Shown here: in pieces, positions 51,801-61,327 of the stretch
Numbering within the stretch: the first letter of the stretch is position 1
How the letters are laid out: each line of letters begins with the position of its first letter
Assembly: GCA_017936925.1 (NCBI GenBank)
Contig: JAGBEP010000013.1
Coordinates: forward strand, 5,634 to 69,633
Direction: 5' to 3'
Length of the DNA stretch: 64,000 nucleotides
Source: Clostridia bacterium
Lineage (GTDB): Bacteria > Bacillota > Clostridia > TANB77 > CAG-508
Position numbers and translations under genes: made by a program
The notes under the pieces: model-generated
The model's database searches: none
What the model saw: the letters and a program-made list of their open reading frames with translations, nothing else
What the model was told of the DNA's origin: nothing

Positions 51801-53914
51801 TCAACAGATGTTATTGACTTTCCTGTATCTTCATAATTTGATGTTTTATTAATACTTACCATTCCTACTGGTGCTTTTATTTCAATTTCAGTATTACTTG
51901 TTCCTAATCCCTTTTCTGTTTGGTTTTTATAGCTAGTTGCATCTTCATTTATATATTCTAAGATTATGTTTTCTGTTTTAGATGGTGCGTATAAATCCAA
52001 TGTTAAATTTGCGTTTATAATTAAGTTTGTTCCGTTTGTTATATTGTTTGTGTTATATGTTGTTTGTTCTCCAGATAATTTTATGTTTAGTATATTTTTT
52101 CCTTCTTCATTTTTATTAATTGTAGCATTTTCAATTTCAAACACTTCTTCTGCATTCGCGATTGCTATATTAGTAACATCAACGTTTTCGATGTATTCTG
52201 GAAAAGTTAATTGGAATTCTGGATTTTTATATAAATCATTGTCTTCATTATTGTTATTAAATTTTATATCTAATTCTATATCTTTGTTTTCTGATATTGT
52301 ACTTAAAGTTTTTCTTGATATTGTTAATTCTGCATTTGTTGTTGGTTTTTCTAATTTGATTTTAGATTCTGCAATTCCAATAATGTTTTCTACGTTTTGA
52401 TCATATATGCAAATTCCAGAATATTTTGTATTTAAAGTAGAGAATGTTTTTAGTTCTTCATAAGAATAGTCTGTTTTACCAATTTCTTTAGTTGTTTTTA
52501 TAACTAATATTCCTTCTTTTACTGGTTTACTGGTTTTGATTGTTATATTTGATTCGTCAATGTTTGCTATATAATTATCTTTTTCAATTGTTGCTATTAC
52601 TTCATTTTGGCTGTTTAGTATTTCAATTTTTCCATTTTCAGAAAGCATATCTTCAAAATTTTCTTTTTCTATGCTTACTATCTTTATTTTTGATGAATTC
52701 ATTGCAACTTTTTCTGATTCATTTTCAAATTCTTCTGATTCATCTTTTATTTCTAAATTTTTAATCATTTCTGCCAATGATATATCAAGTTTTATAGTAT
52801 TTTCATAGCTAGATGTATAGTTATTTTCTTCAGACAATGAATTAGTTAGTATATTTCCATATTTTAAATTTTCTTGTGCTTCACTTTCAATTGATACTAT
52901 ACTTCCGATTTCTTCTATAACTTCATATTCTGCATTTAATTCATAATCTGATTGTTCATTTGTTCCAAACATGAAAATAGAACCATTTATTTTTGAGTTT
53001 ATTTTAAATGGTTTTTCTATATTATTTTCTCCAGAAAAAACATATGTAATTAAAAATTCATTTGTTTTAATTGATTCATTTGTTTTTTCAAATTTTATAT
53101 TTATTTTTTCATTTTCCTTATCAAAACTCCAAGCATCGTCTGGTAATCTTTCACCAGTCTTATTTGATATGGCTACTTTTTCAATAGTATATCCTTCTAT
53201 TTTCATAGCTTCAATTTCTAATTCTTCTTTAGTTACGAAGCTATTTTTTTCTGGTATCCATGATTTAACTGAAGTTTGAGCAATTATTCCCTGATTACTT
53301 TCTGATTCATAAGGAATATATTTTTTTAATTCTGATGTAATATTAAATTCTGTATTTGTATTCCAAATTAATCTTGTTATTATGTTTTCAGAAATATTTT
53401 GTTCTTCACCTGAGTTAGTTATATATGTACCTATTAGTTTTATGTTGATTTTTTTGTTTAGATTATCAATTTGTTCACTTTCTTTGTATTTTATAGGTAA
53501 TATAAAGTTTGTTTTCTCTCCTGAACTTATATTTGAAAGCGAAATCTTATTTCCTTCTACTTTATATTTTTCTCCAATTTCTTGTGCTATTTCAAATGAT
53601 AATCCATTTTCAGATTCAATTAGTATATGAGCATTTTTTAGATATCCTTCTTTTTTTACTTCAACTTGTAATTGAATCCCTAGGTTTTCTTCATCGATAG
53701 TACCTTCATACTCGTATCCTTGATTTTCTTCTGCTTTTACAAAACTTGCATCAAAACTTACATTATTAGATGTGTTTTGTGATGTTTGTTTTCCTAATTC
53801 GTTTGATTTTGCATAACTTATGTTTGTAAAGATAGTAAATGTATTTGCAAATAAAAGGCAAAAGATTAAGCATGCTGCTATTACTTTCTTACAGCCTATT
53901 TCTTTTTTTAACAT
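48863..53914 (-). CDS. Large cell-surface protein with DUF11-like and SdrD-B-like domains
   Basis: Signal peptide; YTITVENTG and YIFNIKNTG repeats; GIVWLE..SDGEYKF; C-terminal VKTG, TM and basic tail. Confidence 0.8.
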   Translation of the reverse strand: MLKKEIGCKKVIAACLIFCLLFANTFTIFTNISYAKSNELGKQTSQNTSNNVSFDASFVKAEENQGYEYEGTIDEENLGIQLQVEVKKEGYLKNAHILIESENGLSFEIAQEIGEKYKVEGNKISLSNISSGEKTNFILPIKYKESEQIDNLNKKINIKLIGTYITNSGEEQNISENIITRLIWNTNTEFNITSELKKYIPYESESNQGIIAQTSVKSWIPEKNSFVTKEELEIEAMKIEGYTIEKVAISNKTGERLPDDAWSFDKENEKINIKFEKTNESIKTNEFLITYVFSGENNIEKPFKINSKINGSIFMFGTNEQSDYELNAEYEVIEEIGSIVSIESEAQENLKYGNILTNSLSEENNYTSSYENTIKLDISLAEMIKNLEIKDESEEFENESEKVAMNSSKIKIVSIEKENFEDMLSENGKIEILNSQNEVIATIEKDNYIANIDESNITIKTSKPVKEGILVIKTTKEIGKTDYSYEELKTFSTLNTKYSGICIYDQNVENIIGIAESKIKLEKPTTNAELTISRKTLSTISENKDIELDIKFNNNNEDNDLYKNPEFQLTFPEYIENVDVTNIAIANAEEVFEIENATINKNEEGKNILNIKLSGEQTTYNTNNITNGTNLIINANLTLDLYAPSKTENIILEYINEDATSYKNQTEKGLGTSNTEIEIKAPVGMVSINKTSNYEDTGKSITSVEQGIVTDKIEIFDEEKLATMDLIIMNNNENVCNDVKILGRIPFKGNKDFETGKDLGTTIDTTLYGNIYQSENNKVLSTIYYSENENATEDLNNLENGWTTNIEELEKVKSYLIIPEEYEMQSGDVLEYSYQYEIPSNLEHNTDIYSSFETVYNNVSDLATVSEVSTADIVGLTTGIGPQISVETKTNMQGSIKEYEKVKYTITVENTGTDVAENVEVTTKVPQWSTLATHLSAETVEGSKGWTLKPDREIKTIIEKLEPSETKYIEFYVQANKLPTIEEYYANEEGFAKNEDGTYSLNTSYVDDKGETKYEEKIIDSLPEIKLVCESTITATDLAKEITTKNDEITVTKSNLVAEETVETEETIARVNETIEAKIQIKNNSQEKMKNIKVTKVLPKELNYSETYIRGYESDGIALKKIKSTTYDESSRTITWTIDELDAGRTIVLIGDFVVAKMEEGIYEKTFSTISNIEVNGEKYQAGQVDITVGRPNIEITQTSNKTNQYIKVGDEIEYIFNIKNTGPVRANNISFVDELPSEVSIKKLEYVIDGIEVSKVVAKNEDATIYTNILPSGTLEAKITAEVNNIQERQKTIINTANIEGEEIETLQSNQVVNIIEKTSQTIEETESENNKDNKNNNQENNNIKTTYEIKGIVWLEKEKDGKRDNSESKISGIEVKLINAETGKMIDKTTTSSDGEYKFDNLSNGKYNVIFYYNSSKYGITEYRKQGVAENLNSDVILGKEGNTLAAITDVITIENGSKSNIDMGLIEANIFDLSLSKRITKVTVQNSSGTKSYDFNSTDLAKVDINAKYLNGSNVIVEYAITVANEGEIEGYAKKIVDYMPEELEFSTELNKSWYKGNDGNLYTEALADTPIAANESQTVKLVLTKSMTDTNTGIINNQAEIAEDYNKAGISDLNSQPNDKDPKDNDISSADLIIGVKTGETLIYISIAITIILAGIIIVITINKSKIIYKIQARFGKEV

Positions 53915-54140
53915 ATAAACATCCTCCTATGATTTTCTTGTAAACGTGGACAATTTTTGACAGTCTCACATTAATATTATACTACGGAAATAAGCCTTAT
54001 TCAAGTTTTATTTCAAAAATATTACGTTTTTTTTGCTTTTTCGTTACTTTTCTTTCTTTTATTACAACCTTAGTCCTTTGCTTGTTTTTTCGCTGTATAT
54101 TTTTTTATTGTTTCTTCTTAATAAAAGAGAATCCAGTTTA

Positions 54141-55013
54141 TTAACTTGGATTCTCTTCTTCACTACTTATATAATCTGCTATTTTTTTATATTCTTCTAT
54201 TTTTAATTTTTCACCTCTTATTTTAGGGTCAATTTCTAGTTCTTTAAAAACTTTTTCAGCTTTTTCTCTATTTTCAAATATTCGTCCATTTATTAAGGCA
54301 TTTACAAGCGTTTTTCTTTTTTGCATGAAAGCTACTTTTATGATTTTAAAAAATAGCTTTTCATCTTTTGGTCTTATTCTCGGTTCTTTTAAAATATCGA
54401 ATTTTATTACGCTTGATGTTACTTCCGGTTCTGGTACAAATGAGCTATTAGGTACTTCTAATACAATTTTAGGATTTGTATAATACCATACTGTATATGT
54501 AATACTACCTGTTTCTTTGTCACCTGGAGTTGTCGCCAATCTTTGGGCTACTTCTTTTTGAATCATTACAGTTATACTTTCGATTTCTAATTTTTCTTCT
54601 AATAGTTTCATTATTATCGGTGTAGTAATGTAGTACGGTAGATTTGCAACAACTTTTGCTTTTTTTATCTTTTCTGTTTTGTTTGATTGAATTATTTTAT
54701 TTAAGTCCAGTTTTAATACGTCTTGATTTATAATTTCAATGTTTGAATATAGTTTAAATCTTTTGGTTATTATATTAACCATTTTGGGATCCAGTTCTAT
54801 GCATATAACTTTTCCAGCTTTCTCCAATAGTTTGCTAGTTAATGTTCCTAATCCTGGACCTATTTCAATTACTAAATCTTGATCTGTTATATTCGCAGAA
54901 TCTACTATTCCATTTACTATATTTTCATCTATTAAAAAATTTTGTCCTAGATTTTTATTTGCAATTATGTTATTTTGCTTCATTATAAATTTTGTTTCTT
55001 CATATAAATTCAT
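54141..55013 (-). CDS. rsmA: 16S rRNA dimethyladenosine transferase
   Basis: LGQNFL, EIGPGLG, ANLPYYITT and MIQKEV motifs; ATG 55013. Confidence 0.97.
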   Translation of the reverse strand: MNLYEETKFIMKQNNIIANKNLGQNFLIDENIVNGIVDSANITDQDLVIEIGPGLGTLTSKLLEKAGKVICIELDPKMVNIITKRFKLYSNIEIINQDVLKLDLNKIIQSNKTEKIKKAKVVANLPYYITTPIIMKLLEEKLEIESITVMIQKEVAQRLATTPGDKETGSITYTVWYYTNPKIVLEVPNSSFVPEPEVTSSVIKFDILKEPRIRPKDEKLFFKIIKVAFMQKRKTLVNALINGRIFENREKAEKVFKELEIDPKIRGEKLKIEEYKKIADYISSEEENPS

Positions 55014-55129
55014 TAATATCACCTTTTGTATTATATCATATTGATTTTTATTTTTCTATAATATAAAATAACTATGTATATTTATTGATAATATGCATTA
55101 ATTTACTTATTTTGAAAGGACTGATTCAC

Positions 55130-57373
55130 ATAGGAAAAAATCAGATAAATAAGCGATTAGGAATTGGTACTACTTTTAAACAAAAAGAAGTTTTTACAAA
55201 TCGTTCCTTATTTCTTCTTACTGTTTTTAGTTTATGCTTTTTAGCATTATTGATTAGAATTGGATATATACAATTTGTAAAAGGTTCCTCTTATCGAGCA
55301 GCCGCTTATAACAATCAAACTACTAGTCAAACAATTGCTAGTAAGAGAGGAACAATTTACGATTCTACTAATAAAATTTTAGCGATTAGTTCTTCTGTTG
55401 ATACTGTTACGGTTAATAATAATCAAGTTACCTATCATGATGGAACTCCTGTTTCTAATGAAACTTTAGCTTCAGGTTTTGCTGAAATTTTTTCTATAGA
55501 TTATGAAGAAACTTTAGATAAACTAAATTCTGATTCTTCTCTTGTTACGATTGCTAGCAAAGTTGAAAAGCCTGTAATTGATAATCTTACAACTTGGATG
55601 AATGAAAATAAAATTTCTACAGGAATAAATATTGATGAAGATTCAAAAAGAACATATCCTTATGATTCTTTAGCTTCAAATATCATTGGTTTTTGTGGAA
55701 CAGATAAAGGTTTAGAAGGAATTGAAGCTGCTTGGGAAGATGAACTTAGTGGTACTCCTGGAAGAATAATTACGTCTACAAATGTTAATAGGCAAGCTAT
55801 TTCTGACGAGAATGAACAATATATTCCTGCACAAAATGGTAGTGATATATATTTAACTATAGATGTAACAGTTCAGTCTATTGCTGAAAAGTATTTAGAT
55901 CAAGCTGTTAAAGAAAATTCTGCTGATGGTGGATGTGTTCTTATAATGAAACCTTCTACGGGAGATATTTTAGCTGAAGCTAGTTATCCTACTTATAATT
56001 TAAATACTCCTTTTACCCCAAATACTATTGAACTTCAAGAAGCTTGGGATACAATGTCTACTGAAGCAAAATCTGCTGCACTTACTAATATGTGGAGAAA
56101 CAAACCTATTTCTGATGGATATGAACCTGGTTCTGTTTTTAAACTCATTACATCTTCTATTGGATTAGAAGAAAATCTTGTTGAAACAGATACTCCAAAT
56201 GATTTTTATTGTAATAAAATTTTTACTGTTGCAGATTATGATATAAGTTGTTGGGCTACTAATCCTCATGGTGCTTTAACTTTAAGACAAGCTCTTGAAA
56301 AATCTTGTAATCCGTCTTTTATTCAATTAGGCCAACGTATTGGTAAGGAGAGATTTTATAAGTATTTACAGGCATTTGGATTGCTTCAAAAAACTGGAGT
56401 TAGAATGTCTGGCGAATCAAGTAGTATTTTCTTTTCTTATGATAAGTGTAATGAAGTTGAACTTGCAACAATGTCTTTTGGTCAACGTTTTAAAATAACT
56501 CCTCTTCAGTTAATCACTGCTGTTTCTGCTTGTGTTAATGGTGGTGATTTGATGCAACCTAGAATTGTTAGCAAAGTTGTTAATACTGATACTGGTGTTG
56601 AAACTGAACTTGCTCCCGTAAAAGTTAGACAAGTTATATCAGAAGAAACATCTTCTAAAATAAAAAGTATGATGGAGTCTGTCGTTACTGACGGTACTGG
56701 AAAGTATGCTGCTGTTAATGGTTATTCTGTAGGTGGTAAAAGTGGTACTTCAGAACCTGATCCTAATAAACCAGAAGATGGATATGTTGCATCTTTCTTA
56801 GCTATATCACCGGTTGAAAACCCTGAAGTTGTTGTTTTAGTAATTTTATATAATCCAAATAGTGATGGTTCAGGAAGCCATCAGGGTGGTACAATTTGTG
56901 CTCCAGTTGCATCACAAATTTTATCTGAAGTTTTACCTCATTTAGGAATCACTTCTTCTGCTACTGATGACGATTCTGACTCTTTAATAACTTTACCTGA
57001 TGTTACTTCAAAAACTCTTACAGAAGCAAGAAATATTCTAGAAGCTTCTGGATTTGAAATTGTTTTAAAAACTTCTTCAGAATCTTCTACAACTGTTGTG
57101 TCTCAGTATCCGAAGTCTGGTATTTCATTACAGTCTGGTTCTGTAATTTGCTTATATACTGAGGGGGCAGAAAAAACTATGAAACAAGTTCCAGATTTAA
57201 AAGGAAAAACTGCTGAGCAAGCAGAAAACTCATTAAAGTCTTTGAATTTAAATATTTCTGTTCAGGGTTCTGGTATTGTTCTTTCACAAGATATTTTAGC
57301 AGGAACTGAAGTTGAAGAAGGAACTGTTATTTCTGTTACTTTGAAAGATGAAATGGTCGGTGGAGCTCAATAG
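55130..57373 (+). CDS. Second class B PBP (FtsI/SpoVD-like) with two PASTA domains; probable ATA start (the ORF track starts it at TTG 55085)
   Basis: RGTIYD, PGSVFK, SCN and KSGT motifs; two PASTA repeats (LPDV.., VPDL..). Confidence 0.88.
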   Translation: MGKNQINKRLGIGTTFKQKEVFTNRSLFLLTVFSLCFLALLIRIGYIQFVKGSSYRAAAYNNQTTSQTIASKRGTIYDSTNKILAISSSVDTVTVNNNQVTYHDGTPVSNETLASGFAEIFSIDYEETLDKLNSDSSLVTIASKVEKPVIDNLTTWMNENKISTGINIDEDSKRTYPYDSLASNIIGFCGTDKGLEGIEAAWEDELSGTPGRIITSTNVNRQAISDENEQYIPAQNGSDIYLTIDVTVQSIAEKYLDQAVKENSADGGCVLIMKPSTGDILAEASYPTYNLNTPFTPNTIELQEAWDTMSTEAKSAALTNMWRNKPISDGYEPGSVFKLITSSIGLEENLVETDTPNDFYCNKIFTVADYDISCWATNPHGALTLRQALEKSCNPSFIQLGQRIGKERFYKYLQAFGLLQKTGVRMSGESSSIFFSYDKCNEVELATMSFGQRFKITPLQLITAVSACVNGGDLMQPRIVSKVVNTDTGVETELAPVKVRQVISEETSSKIKSMMESVVTDGTGKYAAVNGYSVGGKSGTSEPDPNKPEDGYVASFLAISPVENPEVVVLVILYNPNSDGSGSHQGGTICAPVASQILSEVLPHLGITSSATDDDSDSLITLPDVTSKTLTEARNILEASGFEIVLKTSSESSTTVVSQYPKSGISLQSGSVICLYTEGAEKTMKQVPDLKGKTAEQAENSLKSLNLNISVQGSGIVLSQDILAGTEVEEGTVISVTLKDEMVGGAQ

Positions 57374-57394
57374 TAGTAGTATAATCTTTTCGAT

Positions 57395-57429
57395 AAAAAA
57401 ACTCTCTATTTAAATATAGAGAGTTTTTT
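57395..57429. terminator. Bidirectional intrinsic terminator
   Basis: Inverted repeat AAAAAACTCTCTAT / ATAGAGAGTTTTTT between convergent genes. Confidence 0.8.
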
Positions 57430-57457
57430 ATAGTTATTATTTATTTTTTAAAAAATG

Positions 57458-57658
57458 TTAGACTAAATTATCTATTTCTTTTTTTATCGTTTTTATTTTT
57501 CCTTTTATTGATAAAATTTCTTTATTATTACTTTCTATTTCATTAATATATATTTGTTTTAATTTTTCTTTTTCTTCTGATGTTAGTTCCAAAGATGATA
57601 TTAACCCTTTCTCAAAAGCTCTTTTTCTTTTTTCTAGATTTGCATCATAATTAATCAT
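57458..57658 (-). CDS. Small hypothetical coiled-coil protein
   Basis: Start overlaps the end of the upstream gene; GAGGG RBS. Confidence 0.65.
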   Translation of the reverse strand: MINYDANLEKRKRAFEKGLISSLELTSEEKEKLKQIYINEIESNNKEILSIKGKIKTIKKEIDNLV

Positions 57659-58796
57659 CTAAACTAGCACCCTCTCTTTCTTTTTTTATTCTTCTACTAT
57701 CATAACAGTATGCTTGAATACTATCATATCTTCTTGCGTATCTAGTTTTTTCTTCTCTTGTTGCCATTGCTTCTCTTTTTAGTGCCTCTAACTCGAAATC
57801 TTCTTCTATTGATTCTGGCTTAGATGCCATTCTTTCGCATTCTGCTATTATAAACCTGTCTTCTATATTACATGCTCTATCAAATTCATATGAATCAATT
57901 AATTTTGATATTCTAGTTTCTAGTTCGTCTCCTGTTAATGATGAACAATCAGTTAAGTTTTTTCTTATACTATATCCTAGTAAATCATAATTTAATTCTA
58001 ATAATAGAGTTGCTGTTTTTCTGACTACGCTCGAATATGTTTCCCAATCATCAGGTGTAACTTTTTTGGGCATATCTTTATAGAAAGTTGGATCAATACT
58101 TCTTCCTCTAGATAAATATGTATCTTGATTTCTCATAAAGTTTACAGCTGGTATTACTGTTTGTCCAGCCTGTTCTAAAGTATCGCTCAATTTTTTATCT
58201 TCTGCTGTTGGTGGTAGTATTTCCGGATATTTATCAGCTTGTTTTCGTCTTCTCTGATTTAATTCTTCTCTAAAATTTCTATAATTTTGAAGTATGTCTC
58301 CTATTTTTCCTAGAACTCCGTATCCTGCTAAATCTGGTATATCTTCAAAAATCGATTCGTATTTATTATATCCTAGTAAATTCAAATTTACTTCAAGCAT
58401 TTTGGCAGCTAAGTCTGTTATTTCAAATTCTGACATTCCTAATTCTTCATATTCTCTAAGTTGTTGAGATACATCATACATTTCTTGTGCTACATTTTCT
58501 GGAAATTCTCTGTTGTGTGTTCCTGGTTTAAATTTTCCAGCACTCATTCTTCTTTTAGTCATATCATTACACCACTCAATATGTCCATCGTCATATAGCC
58601 AAACCATACAATAATCATCTGCGTATTGGTTTGATTGGGATGTGAAGCACCATGCATTATCACTTCTAGCCATTATTTCAGTCATTGAATGATTATTTTT
58701 TAAATCTCTGTCCGGCAATTTTATAAGTACTCTTCCTTTATCATCTATCTGCGCTTTAACTCTTTTACCTTTATATATAATTTCGGTTGTTTTCAA
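57651..58796 (-). CDS. Hypothetical protein (381 aa)
   Basis: AAGGAGG RBS and TTG start; no family recognised. Confidence 0.78.
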   Translation of the reverse strand: MKTTEIIYKGKRVKAQIDDKGRVLIKLPDRDLKNNHSMTEIMARSDNAWCFTSQSNQYADDYCMVWLYDDGHIEWCNDMTKRRMSAGKFKPGTHNREFPENVAQEMYDVSQQLREYEELGMSEFEITDLAAKMLEVNLNLLGYNKYESIFEDIPDLAGYGVLGKIGDILQNYRNFREELNQRRRKQADKYPEILPPTAEDKKLSDTLEQAGQTVIPAVNFMRNQDTYLSRGRSIDPTFYKDMPKKVTPDDWETYSSVVRKTATLLLELNYDLLGYSIRKNLTDCSSLTGDELETRISKLIDSYEFDRACNIEDRFIIAECERMASKPESIEEDFELEALKREAMATREEKTRYARRYDSIQAYCYDSRRIKKEREGASLDD

Positions 58797-59026
58797 AATT
58801 TCCTCCTTAATTATTTATTAAGTTTTATATTTAGATTTTATCATTTGTATTTGTTTGATGTCAATTTTTTGAATCTTAAAAAAATAATTAGTACTACTTT
58901 TTATTTGCTCTTTAATTTTTATATTTGCTTTATTATTATGAAATATTTTATATATAATTTGTATTTATTTATATTTACTACATTAGATTAAGAAAATCTT
59001 GGTTGTATTAAATTAACTAAAAAATC

Positions 59027-59055
59027 AAAAAGAACACTGAAAAATCAGTGTTCTT
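59027..59055 (-). terminator. Terminator of rpsF-ssb-rpsR
   Basis: Inverted repeat AAGAACACTGA / TCAGTGTTCTT. Confidence 0.8.
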
Positions 59056-59063
59056 AAAATTTA

Positions 59064-59342
59064 TTAGTCTTGTGTATATGGTAATATAGCAATATGTCTT
59101 GCTCTTTTAACTGCTAATGTAATAGCTCTTTGATGTTTAGCGCAAGCTCCAGTTGCTCTTCTTGGTAGTATTTTACCTTTATCATTGATGAATTTCTTTA
59201 ATTGTTCTGCATTTTTATAATCTAATTCAAAGTTTTTATCTGCACATAGTGGGCAAACTTTTTTTCTAACTTTTCTGAATTTAGGATTGAAATCATCATC
59301 CATGTTGTTTCTATTATTTCTTTTATTTTTCTTATCTGCCAT
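59064..59342 (-). CDS. rpsR: 30S ribosomal protein S18
   Basis: CPLC, DYKN, GKILPRR and AVKRAR motifs. Confidence 0.97.
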   Translation of the reverse strand: MADKKNKRNNRNNMDDDFNPKFRKVRKKVCPLCADKNFELDYKNAEQLKKFINDKGKILPRRATGACAKHQRAITLAVKRARHIAILPYTQD

Positions 59343-59371
59343 TTTTATAACCCCCCAATCTTTTTCAAATT

Positions 59372-59788
59372 TTAGAATGGTAAATCGTCGTCAGATGAAA
59401 CTTGGAATTCTTGACTTTCTGAAACTGCTGTTCCAAAAGTATTTTCAAAGCTTTCTCCTACTCCATCTCTTCTACTATCTGCAAAGTAAGCTTCTTCAGC
59501 AATTACTTCTGTTACATAGTGTTTTTGACCTTGATCATCATCCCAATTTCTTGTTTGGATTCTTCCGATTACTCCAACTTGTTGACCTTTTTTGAAGTAT
59601 TTACTACAGAATTCTCCAGTTTTACTCCAAGCTACAACTGGTATAAAATCAGCTTGTCTTTCTTCTCCTTGTCTAGCAAATCTTCTATTGACTGCTAAAG
59701 TGAATGATGCAACTAGAGTATTGTTTGTTTGTGTATATCTAGTTTCTGGGTCTCTTGTTAATCTTCCCATTAATACAACTTTGTTCAT
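59372..59788 (-). CDS. ssb: Single-stranded DNA-binding protein
   Basis: [14 protein letters not shown] and C-terminal DDLPF. Confidence 0.97.
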   Translation of the reverse strand: MNKVVLMGRLTRDPETRYTQTNNTLVASFTLAVNRRFARQGEERQADFIPVVAWSKTGEFCSKYFKKGQQVGVIGRIQTRNWDDDQGQKHYVTEVIAEEAYFADSRRDGVGESFENTFGTAVSESQEFQVSSDDDLPF

Positions 59789-59829
59789 TTTATCCACCTT
59801 TCTATATTAAAGGTTTTCCTTAAATATGA

Positions 59830-60114
59830 TTAATCTTCTTTTCTTATTGTAATAAATTTCATTATGCTATCTGTTATTCTGTAGATTCTTTCAAGTTCAG
59901 CAATGAATTCTGGGTTAGCTTCAAATGTAAAAACAACATAGTATCCTTCTGAATGTTTTTTAATTTCATAAGCTAGTTTTTTTCTACCTATTTCTTCAAC
60001 ATTTTCAACTTTTCCATCACCATTAATTAAGTCAGTAAATTTTGTTACTACTTCTTTAATTCCTTGTTCTTCTAAACTTGGATTAATAATGATTACGCTT
60101 TCATATTTATTCAT
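59830..60114 (-). CDS. rpsF: 30S ribosomal protein S6
   Basis: MNKYE, GRKKLAYEI and ELER motifs. Confidence 0.97.
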   Translation of the reverse strand: MNKYESVIIINPSLEEQGIKEVVTKFTDLINGDGKVENVEEIGRKKLAYEIKKHSEGYYVVFTFEANPEFIAELERIYRITDSIMKFITIRKED

Positions 60115-60120
60115 TATTTC

Positions 60121-60175
60121 CACCTCCTTTTGGATATATAACCCATATCTTATTGATATGAGTAAGGTTAACGGA
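60121..60175 (-). ncRNA. Probable S6:S18 ribosomal-protein leader
   Basis: Hairpin CTCATATC / GATATGGG immediately 5' of the rpsF SD; position matches the known leader class. Confidence 0.45.
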
Positions 60176-60268
60176 AATTATTCTACCACAGTTTTTTAAA
60201 ATAATCAAGTATATAAAAATAAAAAAATGGAATTTGCATAATATTTTACAAATTCCACTTTTTATTTT

Positions 60269-61069
60269 TTATTTTGTTGTTATATCTATTGATTCTATTA
60301 TTATATCTTCTACTGGAACTGATAATTCTCCAGAAGATGAATAAGTTTTTTCTACAGACGCAATTTTATCTACTACATCCATTCCGTTTATAACTTGGCC
60401 GAATACTGTATAGTTTTCGTATAAGCTAGGATACCCTCCATATGTTGAATATGCTTCCGCAAAACTACTAGAATAGACTGATTGTATACTACTCATTTGA
60501 GATTCGTTTGCATGAGCTTGAACTATAAAAAATTGACTACCTAATGAAGATGTTCCTGTTCCTGCACTTGCCATACATAATGCTCCTCTGTATGGAACTA
60601 GTCCTTGGTCTAATTCTTCTTCAAATCCTTCTCCCCAAATGCTTTCTCCTCCTGTTCCGTTTCCTTGAGGATCTCCTCCTTGAATCATAAACTCTTCCAT
60701 GACTCTGTGGAATTTTACTCCATCATAATATCCTTCTTTTGCATGTGTTAAGAAGTTTTCAACTGCTTTTGGAGCTTTGTCTTCAAAAAATTTAAATGTA
60801 ATGTCCCCATAATCTTTAACATGCATTATAGCAATCGTTTCTCCTGCTTCTGGCTCTGACATTTGTTCTTTGGCTGCTGCCATGTAATCAAATGTGTCTT
60901 CTTCATTTTCTTCTGCTGTGCTAGTATTGCTTGTTTCATTAGTGCTTATTACATTTTTCTCCCCATTTTTTGATCCATCATCTAAGAGAATTACTGCTGC
61001 AATGATGATAAAAGCTACTATAGCTACTCCTCCTATGATGATATACGTTGTTTTGTTTTCCAAAATCAT
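60269..61069 (-). CDS. Membrane-anchored cyclophilin-type peptidyl-prolyl isomerase
   Basis: APKAVENF, FHRV, MIQGGDP, GSQFFI and YTVFGQV motifs; N-terminal TM (start 61069 or TTG 61063). Confidence 0.92.
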   Translation of the reverse strand: MILENKTTYIIIGGVAIVAFIIIAAVILLDDGSKNGEKNVISTNETSNTSTAEENEEDTFDYMAAAKEQMSEPEAGETIAIMHVKDYGDITFKFFEDKAPKAVENFLTHAKEGYYDGVKFHRVMEEFMIQGGDPQGNGTGGESIWGEGFEEELDQGLVPYRGALCMASAGTGTSSLGSQFFIVQAHANESQMSSIQSVYSSSFAEAYSTYGGYPSLYENYTVFGQVINGMDVVDKIASVEKTYSSSGELSVPVEDIIIESIDITTK

Positions 61070-61193
61070 CTTCTCCTTTTCTTTTGATTTAGCATAACTG
61101 CTTTGAAAATGATATCTCAAAGAATCGTAATTGTCAATTTTATTTTTTATTTACGCATTATCACTGTTTTTTATTGATTTTTAGCGTTTTTTA

Positions 61194-61222
61194 TTGACAA
61201 AATTTTATGTCTATGTTAGAAT
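61194..61222 (+). promoter_or_regulatory. Sigma-A promoter of rplU-rpmA
   Basis: TTGACA-17-TAGAAT with TG extension. Confidence 0.8.
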
Positions 61223-61228
61223 ATGTAA

Positions 61229-61303
61229 CTGTAATCCGCTTAATTAAGGTTCCATAAATGTTAAGTCTTATCTTAACTACCTATTTGTAAGGATTAGCGA
61301 GTA
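61229..61303 (+). ncRNA. Probable L21 leader
   Basis: Nested pairings CGCT/AGCG, AGGT/ACCT and GTTAAG/CTTAAC in the rplU 5' UTR. Confidence 0.55.
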
Positions 61304-61327
61304 TACAAAAAAGGGAGGTGTACTTAA

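Noticed and set aside
58800..59020. Very AT-rich intergenic stretch as a possible replication origin
   Set aside because: No DnaA-box cluster was seen; it is explained as promoter and terminator spacer
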